Shown: one piece after another, positions 36,931-46,176 of the stretch
Position numbering within the stretch: the stretch's first letter is position 1
Layout: each line of letters opens with the position of its first letter
IMG/VR virus record: IMGVR_UViG_3300036770_005357
Origin: a virus
Lineage: Duplodnaviria; Caudoviricetes
Reading direction: 5' to 3' (one strand)
Length of the DNA: 64,000 bases
The notes under the pieces: generated by a model
The model's database searches: none
Seen by the model: only the letters and a program-made list of their open reading frames with translations
What the model was told of the DNA's origin: nothing
Made by a program: the position numbers and the translations under genes

Positions 36931-39900
36931 TTAAGCATTAAAAGTAGCGCCGCCCGTTGGAAGAATGTTGAAGTCAAGGATAATGAATTCAGCAGTTCTT
37001 GTTGGTTGGACATAGATTTGACCGTAGAGAATATTTCTATCAATCAAGTCAGGTGTATTATTAGTTTCGTCCATTACAACCTTGAAGGCGTATATACCAT
37101 TTCTTTGTTGTACAGATTCCAGATATGGATTTACAATGTTCAAGAAACGGTTTCTTGTAGCAGCTACATTTTGTTCAAAGACTAAGTAGTTGCTTGAACT
37201 TGCGATGTACTTCTTCAAGTTGATCAACAAACGACGGACATTAATACGATCCAAGGCACTTGGAGCAATTTGAAGTGTCTTTTGACCCCAGACACAGATA
37301 CCTTGACCAGGGAATGCTGCGATAGGATTTACACGACCTTCATAGAGTGTGTCTCTTTCAGCGTGTGTTACACGATCAAGTACTTGTACAGCTTGTGTGA
37401 TACCACCACGGTTGAGACCTGCTGGAGCGTACCATTCAGCAGCTGCGTTGTCATTAGCAGCATAAATTGCTGGCAATACTACAGATGGTGGTACACTGAT
37501 GATCTTGTTTGTATTTGTATCCAAGATCTTAACCCAAGGATAATATGTAGCAACATAGTTACTGTCAATTGTAGCTACTGTGTTAATGGCAGCGTCAATT
37601 AAACCAACGGTTTGATTGCTTGCTGGGAACACTACATTGTCCATGATGTAGAAACAATCTTGACGAGTTTCACACATATTAATTACCAATTCAGTAACAT
37701 AACTGTGTTGTTCACGGAAGATACCTGGAGTTACGATGAGGTTGATATCAAATTCATCAGCGTTACCGAGAGCAGCGATGGCTTGTTTATAACCAATGCT
37801 ACCTGGGCTGTTGATGTTTGTACAATCTAAACCTTGTGTATTACCCGCTGTAATATCCGATCCTACATTGATAGGAATTGCTGGCCATTGACCATCAAAT
37901 CCACCTTGGAATCCAACTACAAATTTACGAAGTCTTACATAAGTAGATTCATTTACGGCGTCATATGTACTTGGAATACTACCACTCAAACTTGGAGCGA
38001 GTAATGAACCTGTACTTGCTGGTACACCTTGAGCATAATAACCAGCATCATCTGTACCGTAAACTTTATCTTCTAGATCGAAATCAATATTCAATCCGTT
38101 ACTGTCAACACTTCCAAAGTATGGCAACGGTTTGAAATATTGTTTTGTATCGTTTTGAACACCTACGCCAAACGAACTGGTTGGATAAAGTGATTGAATT
38201 TCATCGCTAGATTCAGGGACTTCGCCGAATACAGTTCCGGATGGATATTTACCAGGAGCCAATCCGTAAATACTCGCCTTACTGTATTTTACAGCCGGAA
38301 CATAAATATTTGCCGTACTATCAATTGGGGTTCTGTAGGATTCAAATCCATAAGGTACACAAACTTGAGGATACATAACATCAGACATTTCAATTCTGAT
38401 ATACTTACTTAAATTAGTATATGTACCATATTCAATGATTTTACCGGCATATGTGATATAAGCGTATTTATCACCGATTCTACGAGCAACATAATTTGCA
38501 GAATCAGGATCGAGGTTTAAGTTTTGATAAATTTCCAAATACTTTGGCTTTCTATCAGTATCACTGTAAGCACGAACTGCGAGTGTGAATGAACCCCATT
38601 CGCTACCAGGTACTGTTCCGGAAAGTTTAACATTGCTAATTTCAATCTTATACTTTTGATTACTTAAAGTACCGTCGCTCAAAGTGTGTACCTTAAACAG
38701 TTGGAATTTAACAGGTACAGCCGCTTCATCAGCACTACCCTTGAATGGAGCAATCTTTTGACTATAAATCCAAGGTGTATATGCATTAGTGATACTAAAT
38801 TGACTGTCTCCGGCGTTTAGGTTTGTGCTATATTGATCAACAAACTTAAGAGGTTCTCCTACAATTGAACTTCCGGATAAATCGGATGTTCCTACGAATA
38901 ATTTCCAACCTAGTGTACTAGTTTTTTCTGCAACGAACTTCTTGATACTATCTTCAAATAAAACATAATTATATGCAGCTTCTACTTTTTGACCGGCAAT
39001 TTGTTTAGCTGGATTACCAACTGTAGGATCTACGCCGAACACATCTTTGATATAATTGTTATCATTTTCATTAAGACTGAAATCATAATAACCATATGTT
39101 CCGGAAGATGTTGTACCATCTGGATTAACGAAACTATATTTGAGTGCCAAGTTGTAGAGATTTTCATTTGGATTCACAACACCAGTATAAGGGTATTGAC
39201 TACTTGTTACTTGTGATACTGTAGTAGTATCAAATCCGTAAACTTCAAAATCATTACTAAATTGAGTCGAAGCATTTTGTGTATTTGCCAACACGGCAAG
39301 AATCATTTTTTGACGACCATCAATACTTGGGTTACAAGGATCTATACCGTTATTATTATCATTAGCAGTAAATGTACCTGTATACTTACCAAATGCACCG
39401 CTTATGACACCATTAAGTTCTGCTCCGGATGTACATCCACCAGTAACTCTTACAGAAGAAAAACTTCCACTTCTAATTTGAATTCCGCCTGCTACTGTAG
39501 GATCGTAGTTAAATTCATCTGTATTTACAGTAAGTTGTTCATTGAAATATGAAGAACTCAATAAATAACTAGTTGTTGTGCTTTCAGCAAATGCTGTGGA
39601 AATTGCCGTTTCAGGTTCAACATCTTGTCCTTGTACACTTGAACTTAAGAAAAAGTATGGAAGTGAAGTTCCACTTGTAGCTAAACTAGAACTTACACCT
39701 TTTCTATTAAATATCACATTGGTTACAGAACCTATTTGTACTGTTTTACCTGCGTAAAGTATACTACCACTTCCATTTGCGCTTCCTGTTACGGAATTAG
39801 CATTAATAACCGATGTAGCTACTTTACTTCCAAATTTAACAGTAACATCTCCATTTAATACAAGTCTTGATATATCATAACGACCTGCGATCTTAACAGA

Positions 39901-40980
39901 AGAAGTTAAATTGGTTATGCCAGGTGCTGCTGGTGTACCTGTAACATTGTTACCTAAACTTGCAGTATAAAAACTTACATCAGCACTGCTATACTTAGCA
40001 AATACGAATCCATAAACAATGTCAGATCCATCTAAGGTATATGAAGCAGTTAAATAATTTAAATATAATGGGTTCGCTACAGGAGCACGATTTATACTTC
40101 CACTACCAACATCACCCCAAGCAGTATCAAATGTCAAACTATATTTAGAATTTGAACCCGCGGATAATGATCCTGTTTGTGCAACTCTTACGCTACCGCT
40201 TATACGAGATTTTTCATAATCAAATGCTGCCAAATTATATCCAGAAGAACCTCCAGCTGGTGTAATTGTTTTATTGTTTTTAGTGACAGATGTATTAAAT
40301 CTTGTTTTTAAAAGTCTCGTTTTAACTTCAAACAATTTACCTTTACTTGAAGAAGCAACTAAAGATGCTGATAAAGCAGAATAATTTGGTAAACCCGCGA
40401 TAGAAGATAAAAATGTAGTAGCACGGGAAGTAAAAGCACTACCGGTTAATTTTGTAAACGAAAGAGAACAAGACATGAATTTACCACCAATACCAACACC
40501 ACCACCGTTGTCTGTAGATCCGGTTATATTCCAAACCGAACTACTTTGTTGATAATTAAATGTACCTGTATAATTCGATGTATCTACACTTATAAAAGAA
40601 TCATCGGTAATTGCACCTACATCACCATTTCTATTCCAAGAACCTGGTTGTGCATACACTAATAATGGATTTTTTTGCCAATAGCCGGTTAATCCACCAA
40701 TACGCACTACTGTGACAATACCTTGTTCTTGAAGATATTGTTTAGAGGTATATGGTCCGTAGTAAACACCATCAGCAACTCCGAATGTACTTTCAAGAGT
40801 AGCTACATCAGTCATTGTTTTTGGGAAAAATGCAGGTCCATCGGCGAAAGGCGCGACTATAGCGCCTCCGATATTAGCAACTCCTTGTGCTAAACCCGAT
40901 AGATCATTTTCTCTGGTAAAAACACCAGGACTTACGATTTGTTGTGTTGGGGCGAATCTTCCACCTTCTGTTATTGGCAT
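36931..40980 (-). CDS. gp18: contractile tail sheath protein (gp18-like), very large (1349 aa)
   Basis: SPGVFTRENDLS N-terminus. C-terminal WYAPAGLNRG, RVNPI, VWGQKTL, ALDRINVRRLL and QPTRTAEFIILDF. Confidence 0.96.
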   Translation of the reverse strand: MPITEGGRFAPTQQIVSPGVFTRENDLSGLAQGVANIGGAIVAPFADGPAFFPKTMTDVATLESTFGVADGVYYGPYTSKQYLQEQGIVTVVRIGGLTGYWQKNPLLVYAQPGSWNRNGDVGAITDDSFISVDTSNYTGTFNYQQSSSVWNITGSTDNGGGVGIGGKFMSCSLSFTKLTGSAFTSRATTFLSSIAGLPNYSALSASLVASSSKGKLFEVKTRLLKTRFNTSVTKNNKTITPAGGSSGYNLAAFDYEKSRISGSVRVAQTGSLSAGSNSKYSLTFDTAWGDVGSGSINRAPVANPLYLNYLTASYTLDGSDIVYGFVFAKYSSADVSFYTASLGNNVTGTPAAPGITNLTSSVKIAGRYDISRLVLNGDVTVKFGSKVATSVINANSVTGSANGSGSILYAGKTVQIGSVTNVIFNRKGVSSSLATSGTSLPYFFLSSSVQGQDVEPETAISTAFAESTTTSYLLSSSYFNEQLTVNTDEFNYDPTVAGGIQIRSGSFSSVRVTGGCTSGAELNGVISGAFGKYTGTFTANDNNNGIDPCNPSIDGRQKMILAVLANTQNASTQFSNDFEVYGFDTTTVSQVTSSQYPYTGVVNPNENLYNLALKYSFVNPDGTTSSGTYGYYDFSLNENDNNYIKDVFGVDPTVGNPAKQIAGQKVEAAYNYVLFEDSIKKFVAEKTSTLGWKLFVGTSDLSGSSIVGEPLKFVDQYSTNLNAGDSQFSITNAYTPWIYSQKIAPFKGSADEAAVPVKFQLFKVHTLSDGTLSNQKYKIEISNVKLSGTVPGSEWGSFTLAVRAYSDTDRKPKYLEIYQNLNLDPDSANYVARRIGDKYAYITYAGKIIEYGTYTNLSKYIRIEMSDVMYPQVCVPYGFESYRTPIDSTANIYVPAVKYSKASIYGLAPGKYPSGTVFGEVPESSDEIQSLYPTSSFGVGVQNDTKQYFKPLPYFGSVDSNGLNIDFDLEDKVYGTDDAGYYAQGVPASTGSLLAPSLSGSIPSTYDAVNESTYVRLRKFVVGFQGGFDGQWPAIPINVGSDITAGNTQGLDCTNINSPGSIGYKQAIAALGNADEFDINLIVTPGIFREQHSYVTELVINMCETRQDCFYIMDNVVFPASNQTVGLIDAAINTVATIDSNYVATYYPWVKILDTNTNKIISVPPSVVLPAIYAANDNAAAEWYAPAGLNRGGITQAVQVLDRVTHAERDTLYEGRVNPIAAFPGQGICVWGQKTLQIAPSALDRINVRRLLINLKKYIASSSNYLVFEQNVAATRNRFLNIVNPYLESVQQRNGIYAFKVVMDETNNTPDLIDRNILYGQIYVQPTRTAEFIILDFNILPTGGATFNA

Positions 40981-41068
40981 ATATTATATCCTTTCAAAGT
41001 TGTATTTAATAAATAAATATAATTAAAAAAGTGGAACATTAAACTATTTATTATAACTTTTTTAATTA

Positions 41069-43207
41069 TTATAAATTATTATCTTTGATAAGTCTGTTAA
41101 TTGTACTAATAACCATGTCAGGTGTTATAGATTTTGTACATTCAAATAATTCTTTTTTGTTGGGTTTAGGACACCATTTCCAATTTCCTTTATCAAACAT
41201 TTCATCATTCCAACAACCAGTACAAACATCGTGATTTTGTACTCTATATGGCGTTTCAAATTCTGTATAAGGATAAGAAAACCCGCTTATCAGAACAACT
41301 GGTTTATTTATAGCCCAAGCCAACCAAGATAATCCTGATGGAAGACCGATAAAAAATGAACTATGATAAATTTGATTTATTCTTTCTTGAATTGGTTTAT
41401 TACCCGTGAAATCCAATGCGTTCTTAGGCATTATATTGATAAAATCTCTACCATTTCCAAAAATTTTGTGTAAATCAATGCACATAACTTTAAACCCGAT
41501 CGAGTTCAAATAATCTATTATTTTTTCCCAACCATTTGCGTAATTCCAATACTTTGCTTGAGATGTACTTTGTGTTGCAATTACTACATATTTTTCATTT
41601 AAAGGTCTATCTTTAATATTTAAATCAATTAAACATTTTTCCGGATAATAATCAAGACCCAAATAATCACTTGCTACTTGTTGTAGTGATACTTTACGTG
41701 GATCGATTCTATGTCTATCTTTATTTACACCTGTTTTTTCATCAACATACCAACCTAATTTGTAAACAGCGTAAAATTTTTCTTTTCTTTCTTTTATAAA
41801 TTTAATATTTGGATATTTTGATTCAAATAATGAATTCAATGGAAATTTGACATACAAATCACATTCATGTTTTTTTCTAAACTGTTCTACAACCGGCATC
41901 CAAGCTATTTGATCTCCAAGTGAATTTGCTTCATATTCTATTAAAACTTTTTTATTTTTTAAATTTAAATAAAAATCTTCTACAAGTTGATTATTTGATC
42001 GAATTTGTATATTAAAAGGTACATAGTAATTATAATTACAACTCGCCCACATATTATGTTTTAAATCGGATTCGTAATTTAGTGTATCATTGTTTTTATT
42101 TATAAACTTAACATTAAAAATTTGATTTGGATCATCCGGATTTGTTATTTCTACAAAAGCTTTATCATCAAATGAAAAATTAAAAAATGTATTTTTAGTT
42201 ATATTTTCTTTTATACATGTATTTACATTTTCATATATCGTCTTAAATTTCTGACCGAAAAGTTTTTCTGTATACAAATCATATAAAGAAATTAGTTCGT
42301 TTATACGATTTGTATAACAATTTATTTTGGCAGTTTTTAAAGATATATCTTGATAATGTTTGTAGTTACCTACGATAGTTTGAACCGCGTTTTTAATTTC
42401 TTCTACATCTCTATTTACGACTATCATACCATCATATTTTTTTTCTTCAAATGTAGCTACAACTGGCAAACCACAACTCATAGCTTCTAATAATGTTAAA
42501 TTTGGATGACCTGCTTCTAATTCAGATGCATGTATAAAAATGTCATGATCGTTATATAATTCAATCAAATCATTTTCATTTAAATCAAATACTTTGTTTA
42601 ATTTTTCATAATTGTTCAATTCTTGACTTAGAGATTCAAAAAATATCTTATTATTAGATGGACCCGCAACTGTAATTGGCAAATTCAAATCTTTAGCCGC
42701 TTGAATAGCATATCTAAATCCTTTCCGATCCGCCGATGGATTATTTGCGTATCCATTATTTGCAACACAAAGCAATTTAATATTTGATTTGATTTTATTT
42801 TTATAAACAAATTGGTCCGTATTAACGGCGTGTGGAAAATATCTTAATTTTTTACTACCAAAATAATCTACTAAATATTTTGCCGGACAAGTCGATAAAA
42901 CACTATTTTCAATAGCTTGTAAATTTTCTCTAAATGATGCAGAGTTTTTTCCGTACAAATAAGCATGATGGTCGTGAATAGTGAATATATAAGGAATACC
43001 TCGTTTATGACATTCATTAGCTAAGTTAGCAACATGTACATGAACTATAGTGTCATCTGTGTATGTTATATCATTTAAATATTTTATTTCACATCTCAAT
43101 CCATTTTTATTCAAATTTTGATGATATTCCCAAATAATTTTTTCTACAGCACCCCAACCATTAGGTGGAATTGGTAACAGACCTAGATGTACTTGTATAA
43201 CTTTCAT
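41069..43207 (-). CDS. GT4 glycosyltransferase fused to Aah/TibC-like (autotransporter O-heptosyltransferase) domain
   Basis: N-half IPPNGWGAVEK...EAGHPNLTLLEAMSCGLPVVA. C-half SLGDQIAW, FFIGLPSGLSWLAW, CTGCWN...CP...FECTKSI. Confidence 0.82.
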   Translation of the reverse strand: MKVIQVHLGLLPIPPNGWGAVEKIIWEYHQNLNKNGLRCEIKYLNDITYTDDTIVHVHVANLANECHKRGIPYIFTIHDHHAYLYGKNSASFRENLQAIENSVLSTCPAKYLVDYFGSKKLRYFPHAVNTDQFVYKNKIKSNIKLLCVANNGYANNPSADRKGFRYAIQAAKDLNLPITVAGPSNNKIFFESLSQELNNYEKLNKVFDLNENDLIELYNDHDIFIHASELEAGHPNLTLLEAMSCGLPVVATFEEKKYDGMIVVNRDVEEIKNAVQTIVGNYKHYQDISLKTAKINCYTNRINELISLYDLYTEKLFGQKFKTIYENVNTCIKENITKNTFFNFSFDDKAFVEITNPDDPNQIFNVKFINKNNDTLNYESDLKHNMWASCNYNYYVPFNIQIRSNNQLVEDFYLNLKNKKVLIEYEANSLGDQIAWMPVVEQFRKKHECDLYVKFPLNSLFESKYPNIKFIKERKEKFYAVYKLGWYVDEKTGVNKDRHRIDPRKVSLQQVASDYLGLDYYPEKCLIDLNIKDRPLNEKYVVIATQSTSQAKYWNYANGWEKIIDYLNSIGFKVMCIDLHKIFGNGRDFINIMPKNALDFTGNKPIQERINQIYHSSFFIGLPSGLSWLAWAINKPVVLISGFSYPYTEFETPYRVQNHDVCTGCWNDEMFDKGNWKWCPKPNKKELFECTKSITPDMVISTINRLIKDNNL

Positions 43208-45204
43208 TTTTTAAAATCAATATAACCATTAATATCTATATCATCGGTTGTTTTAAACTTTTTTATATATCTTTTTAAAATATTATTCTTATTATCAGTT
43301 AAAACCGATTCTATTTCATATTCACAATTTTCTTTGAATGGATGTGATAAATAATAAAAATTATTATTTTTAATATCAAACGATTTTTGATCAACTACAA
43401 TTTCATTTTCTTTAACAATCATATTATTAATACGATCATCGACTTTATTACTGAAAACGCTAAATATTACAAACTGATTATTTTTTTTATTCGGAAGAAC
43501 TGTTAAATATTCTACCATTGAAAAAGCATTCAGTTTGCTGTTTTTCAAAAAAGTTTCTTCGTTATGTTGATAATCTATAAAAATAAAATCTTTATAATCT
43601 TTAAGAATATTAAAATAAAATTGTTCTAAACCGTTGCTACATTCAAATTTATAAACAATATTCATGTATTCAATCGGTGAATAATATTTAAATCGTTTTA
43701 AATAAAAATCATTATTAACACTAAAAAGTACAGTTTTTAATGTATCGCCTTCCGACGCTTTATTATAAAAGAAAAACGCATCTTTTTTTTCTAAAACATT
43801 TTCCATTTTTTCTAGTTGTGAAAAATCACTTTCATCAACTATAACATCATAGTTCAAACAAATAGATTTTTTAAAACCCAACGATTTTGCATAACTTATA
43901 CCATTAAAATAATTTAAATGTACAGCTAGGCCATGGTAATCATCATTGTCAGATGCCGCAAAATTAACTTTTGCAGAAAAATTTAAATCCGAGTAATGCC
44001 ACTGATTATAAAAATTGTGTTTTAATATAGGATTATTTTTATCAAAGACATAATAATCGACTAAATTTTGCAAACTATTTGATACTGGATAATGTGAAGT
44101 CAATAAAACTTTATATCCGGATTTTTTAATTTTTTCAATACACATTTTCGTTGCATTTTCAATTGATATATGATTTGGATGTGTTGAAATAATAACAATT
44201 ATATCTTTTTTATCTTTTTTAAGAATCACATCATCGGATTCAATAAATCCCAATTTTCGCTTTATTAAATTAACATTTTTCTGAAAATTGTATTCATCCA
44301 GATAATTAATATTATCAAACTTATTATATTTATCCAAGTAAACTGGTAAATTGTATAACAAGGAAGGGACATTAAAAGAAATCGATTCTTTTATAACAAT
44401 CGGTGCCGTTTCTTTATCGGTCGCGTGACCACGACTCGTAAATAGAAAAAGATCCATACAACTATAAAAATTGTCTACATCTTTTCGTTCTCCCCACACT
44501 TTAACATTTTTTGGTAAATTTTTTAAAAGTGGTTCCCAATAAAATTTAAAATTATCTGCCATGTTACCTATACAATGAAACTGTACATTTTCATTTTCCA
44601 TTGCACGTGCATAATCAATAAATTCTTTTTGATTTTTCCGAGGGGTGAATAGACCTACATGAAACACATGTTTTTTATTTATATCCAATCCCAAAAACTT
44701 AAGACCTTCATCACGATTTTTCCTCAACTTAACAGCAATTGGATATTCGATTACATCGGATTCAATATTTAATGATTCTACATTTTGTTTCTGATAGTTA
44801 CTAACAAAAATAAATTGATCAGGAAAAACTCTTTTCCTATCAGAATTAAAACTGCTATCGTGAGAAGTTTCTATAATTTTATAATATCGATCTTTTTTAT
44901 AAATTTTAAATGCCAAATTCATATCCATGAAATACTCAGGCATTTCTTCAAAATGAATTATATCAGGATTAACTTTTTCGATTATTTCTAACAATTTATT
45001 TTTATTATTATCCAAAACATAAAATCTCTCACCACAAAGTTTTTGTACTTGTTCTCGTTGTACAATTAATACGCCCCCGGTATGATCATTATATTCTACA
45101 CAATGAATTTCATATTCATCGTTTAACGCTTTTATTTTTTTTAATAAATATTGCGGTTGTCCTCCTGTGGAAAGATGAGGTGCTACAAATAACAATTTTT
45201 TCAT
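43204..45204 (-). CDS. GT4-family glycosyltransferase with second uncharacterised domain
   Basis: HLSTGGQPQY, VGLFTPRKNQ and DLFLFTS...E..PIVIKESI GT-B motifs. ATGA-coupled on both sides. Confidence 0.8.
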   Translation of the reverse strand: MKKLLFVAPHLSTGGQPQYLLKKIKALNDEYEIHCVEYNDHTGGVLIVQREQVQKLCGERFYVLDNNKNKLLEIIEKVNPDIIHFEEMPEYFMDMNLAFKIYKKDRYYKIIETSHDSSFNSDRKRVFPDQFIFVSNYQKQNVESLNIESDVIEYPIAVKLRKNRDEGLKFLGLDINKKHVFHVGLFTPRKNQKEFIDYARAMENENVQFHCIGNMADNFKFYWEPLLKNLPKNVKVWGERKDVDNFYSCMDLFLFTSRGHATDKETAPIVIKESISFNVPSLLYNLPVYLDKYNKFDNINYLDEYNFQKNVNLIKRKLGFIESDDVILKKDKKDIIVIISTHPNHISIENATKMCIEKIKKSGYKVLLTSHYPVSNSLQNLVDYYVFDKNNPILKHNFYNQWHYSDLNFSAKVNFAASDNDDYHGLAVHLNYFNGISYAKSLGFKKSICLNYDVIVDESDFSQLEKMENVLEKKDAFFFYNKASEGDTLKTVLFSVNNDFYLKRFKYYSPIEYMNIVYKFECSNGLEQFYFNILKDYKDFIFIDYQHNEETFLKNSKLNAFSMVEYLTVLPNKKNNQFVIFSVFSNKVDDRINNMIVKENEIVVDQKSFDIKNNNFYYLSHPFKENCEYEIESVLTDNKNNILKRYIKKFKTTDDIDINGYIDFKK

Positions 45205-46175
45205 AATTTTTTAAAATAAATAGTATTCATATGAGATATTTTATAATCAAGTGCATTTGGTTCATGATATATTTCATATCCCATTTTTTTAAATCTTTCA
45301 ACTATTTTTAAAATATTTTTGCCATCGTTATTGTGAAATTCCAAAAATATACATCTCACTTTTTTGAAAAAATCATCGCTCGTTTTTTCAAAAAAATCAT
45401 ATTCGCTGCCTTCGATGTCAATTTTTAAATAAGTTGGTAATTCTAAATTATTTTTTAATACAAAACTTTCTAAATTTATACTTTCAACCTCAATTGTTCC
45501 ATTATCCGCAATAAAATAACCTCCTGTATTCGAATCTGATTCAACAGATCCGAGCTTTACAGTTTTAAATTCAGTTAAAACCGCTTTGTCAAAAACTGTT
45601 GTATTTTTTCCATATTTATTTAAATTCTCTGTAAGATATGGTACAACTTCGGGATTTGGTTCAAATGCATATATTTTTTTGATATTAAAATTAGAACAAT
45701 ATAATGAAAAAGCACCAACATTAGCTCCCAAATCGTAAATTACATCATTATCTCTAACATCACATTTATTTTTAAAATTTTCTTTATAAAAAAAAGTATG
45801 ATATGGTGGATATGTTACATCCAAATGTTTGGATCTTAAATCTAAACAAACAAAGTTTTTAGTTCCATGATAATTTTTGGATAATAATAAAGTTTGCATG
45901 GAATTGTCATATATTTCAATTGAAAATCCAGGATGCTTTTTATTTATAATGTCTTTTATAAAATAAAGTTCGTTATTATATGTCCAATTATTATAACCTA
46001 CTGGACAATGATGATACATTACATGTGTGATCAGTGAAGTATCTAAGCTCTTTATAACTATAATAAATTCAAAATTTATAGAAAAATCATTAATAGTACT
46101 AAAAGTGCCATTTTCACAAACATTAATTGTTAATTCGCCGAAATTTGGTACAGATACTCTATCAGAAATAAACAT
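45201..46175 (-). CDS. FkbM-family SAM-dependent methyltransferase
   Basis: IYDLGANVGAFS, YAFEPNP and LKIDIEGSEY. Confidence 0.9.
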   Translation of the reverse strand: MFISDRVSVPNFGELTINVCENGTFSTINDFSINFEFIIVIKSLDTSLITHVMYHHCPVGYNNWTYNNELYFIKDIINKKHPGFSIEIYDNSMQTLLLSKNYHGTKNFVCLDLRSKHLDVTYPPYHTFFYKENFKNKCDVRDNDVIYDLGANVGAFSLYCSNFNIKKIYAFEPNPEVVPYLTENLNKYGKNTTVFDKAVLTEFKTVKLGSVESDSNTGGYFIADNGTIEVESINLESFVLKNNLELPTYLKIDIEGSEYDFFEKTSDDFFKKVRCIFLEFHNNDGKNILKIVERFKKMGYEIYHEPNALDYKISHMNTIYFKKL

Positions 46176-46176
46176 A

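Noticed and set aside
37270-39552. Short plus-strand ORFs opposite the sheath gene, and similar 60-110 aa ORFs opposite other long genes
   Set aside because: They are fully nested antisense to well-supported genes and have no motifs or upstream signals.
29209-40980. Introns or inteins in terminase, portal or sheath linked to the nearby endonucleases
   Set aside because: The reading frames are continuous, no intein C-terminal HN-C/S/T junction with LAGLIDADG blocks was seen, and the nucleases lie between genes.
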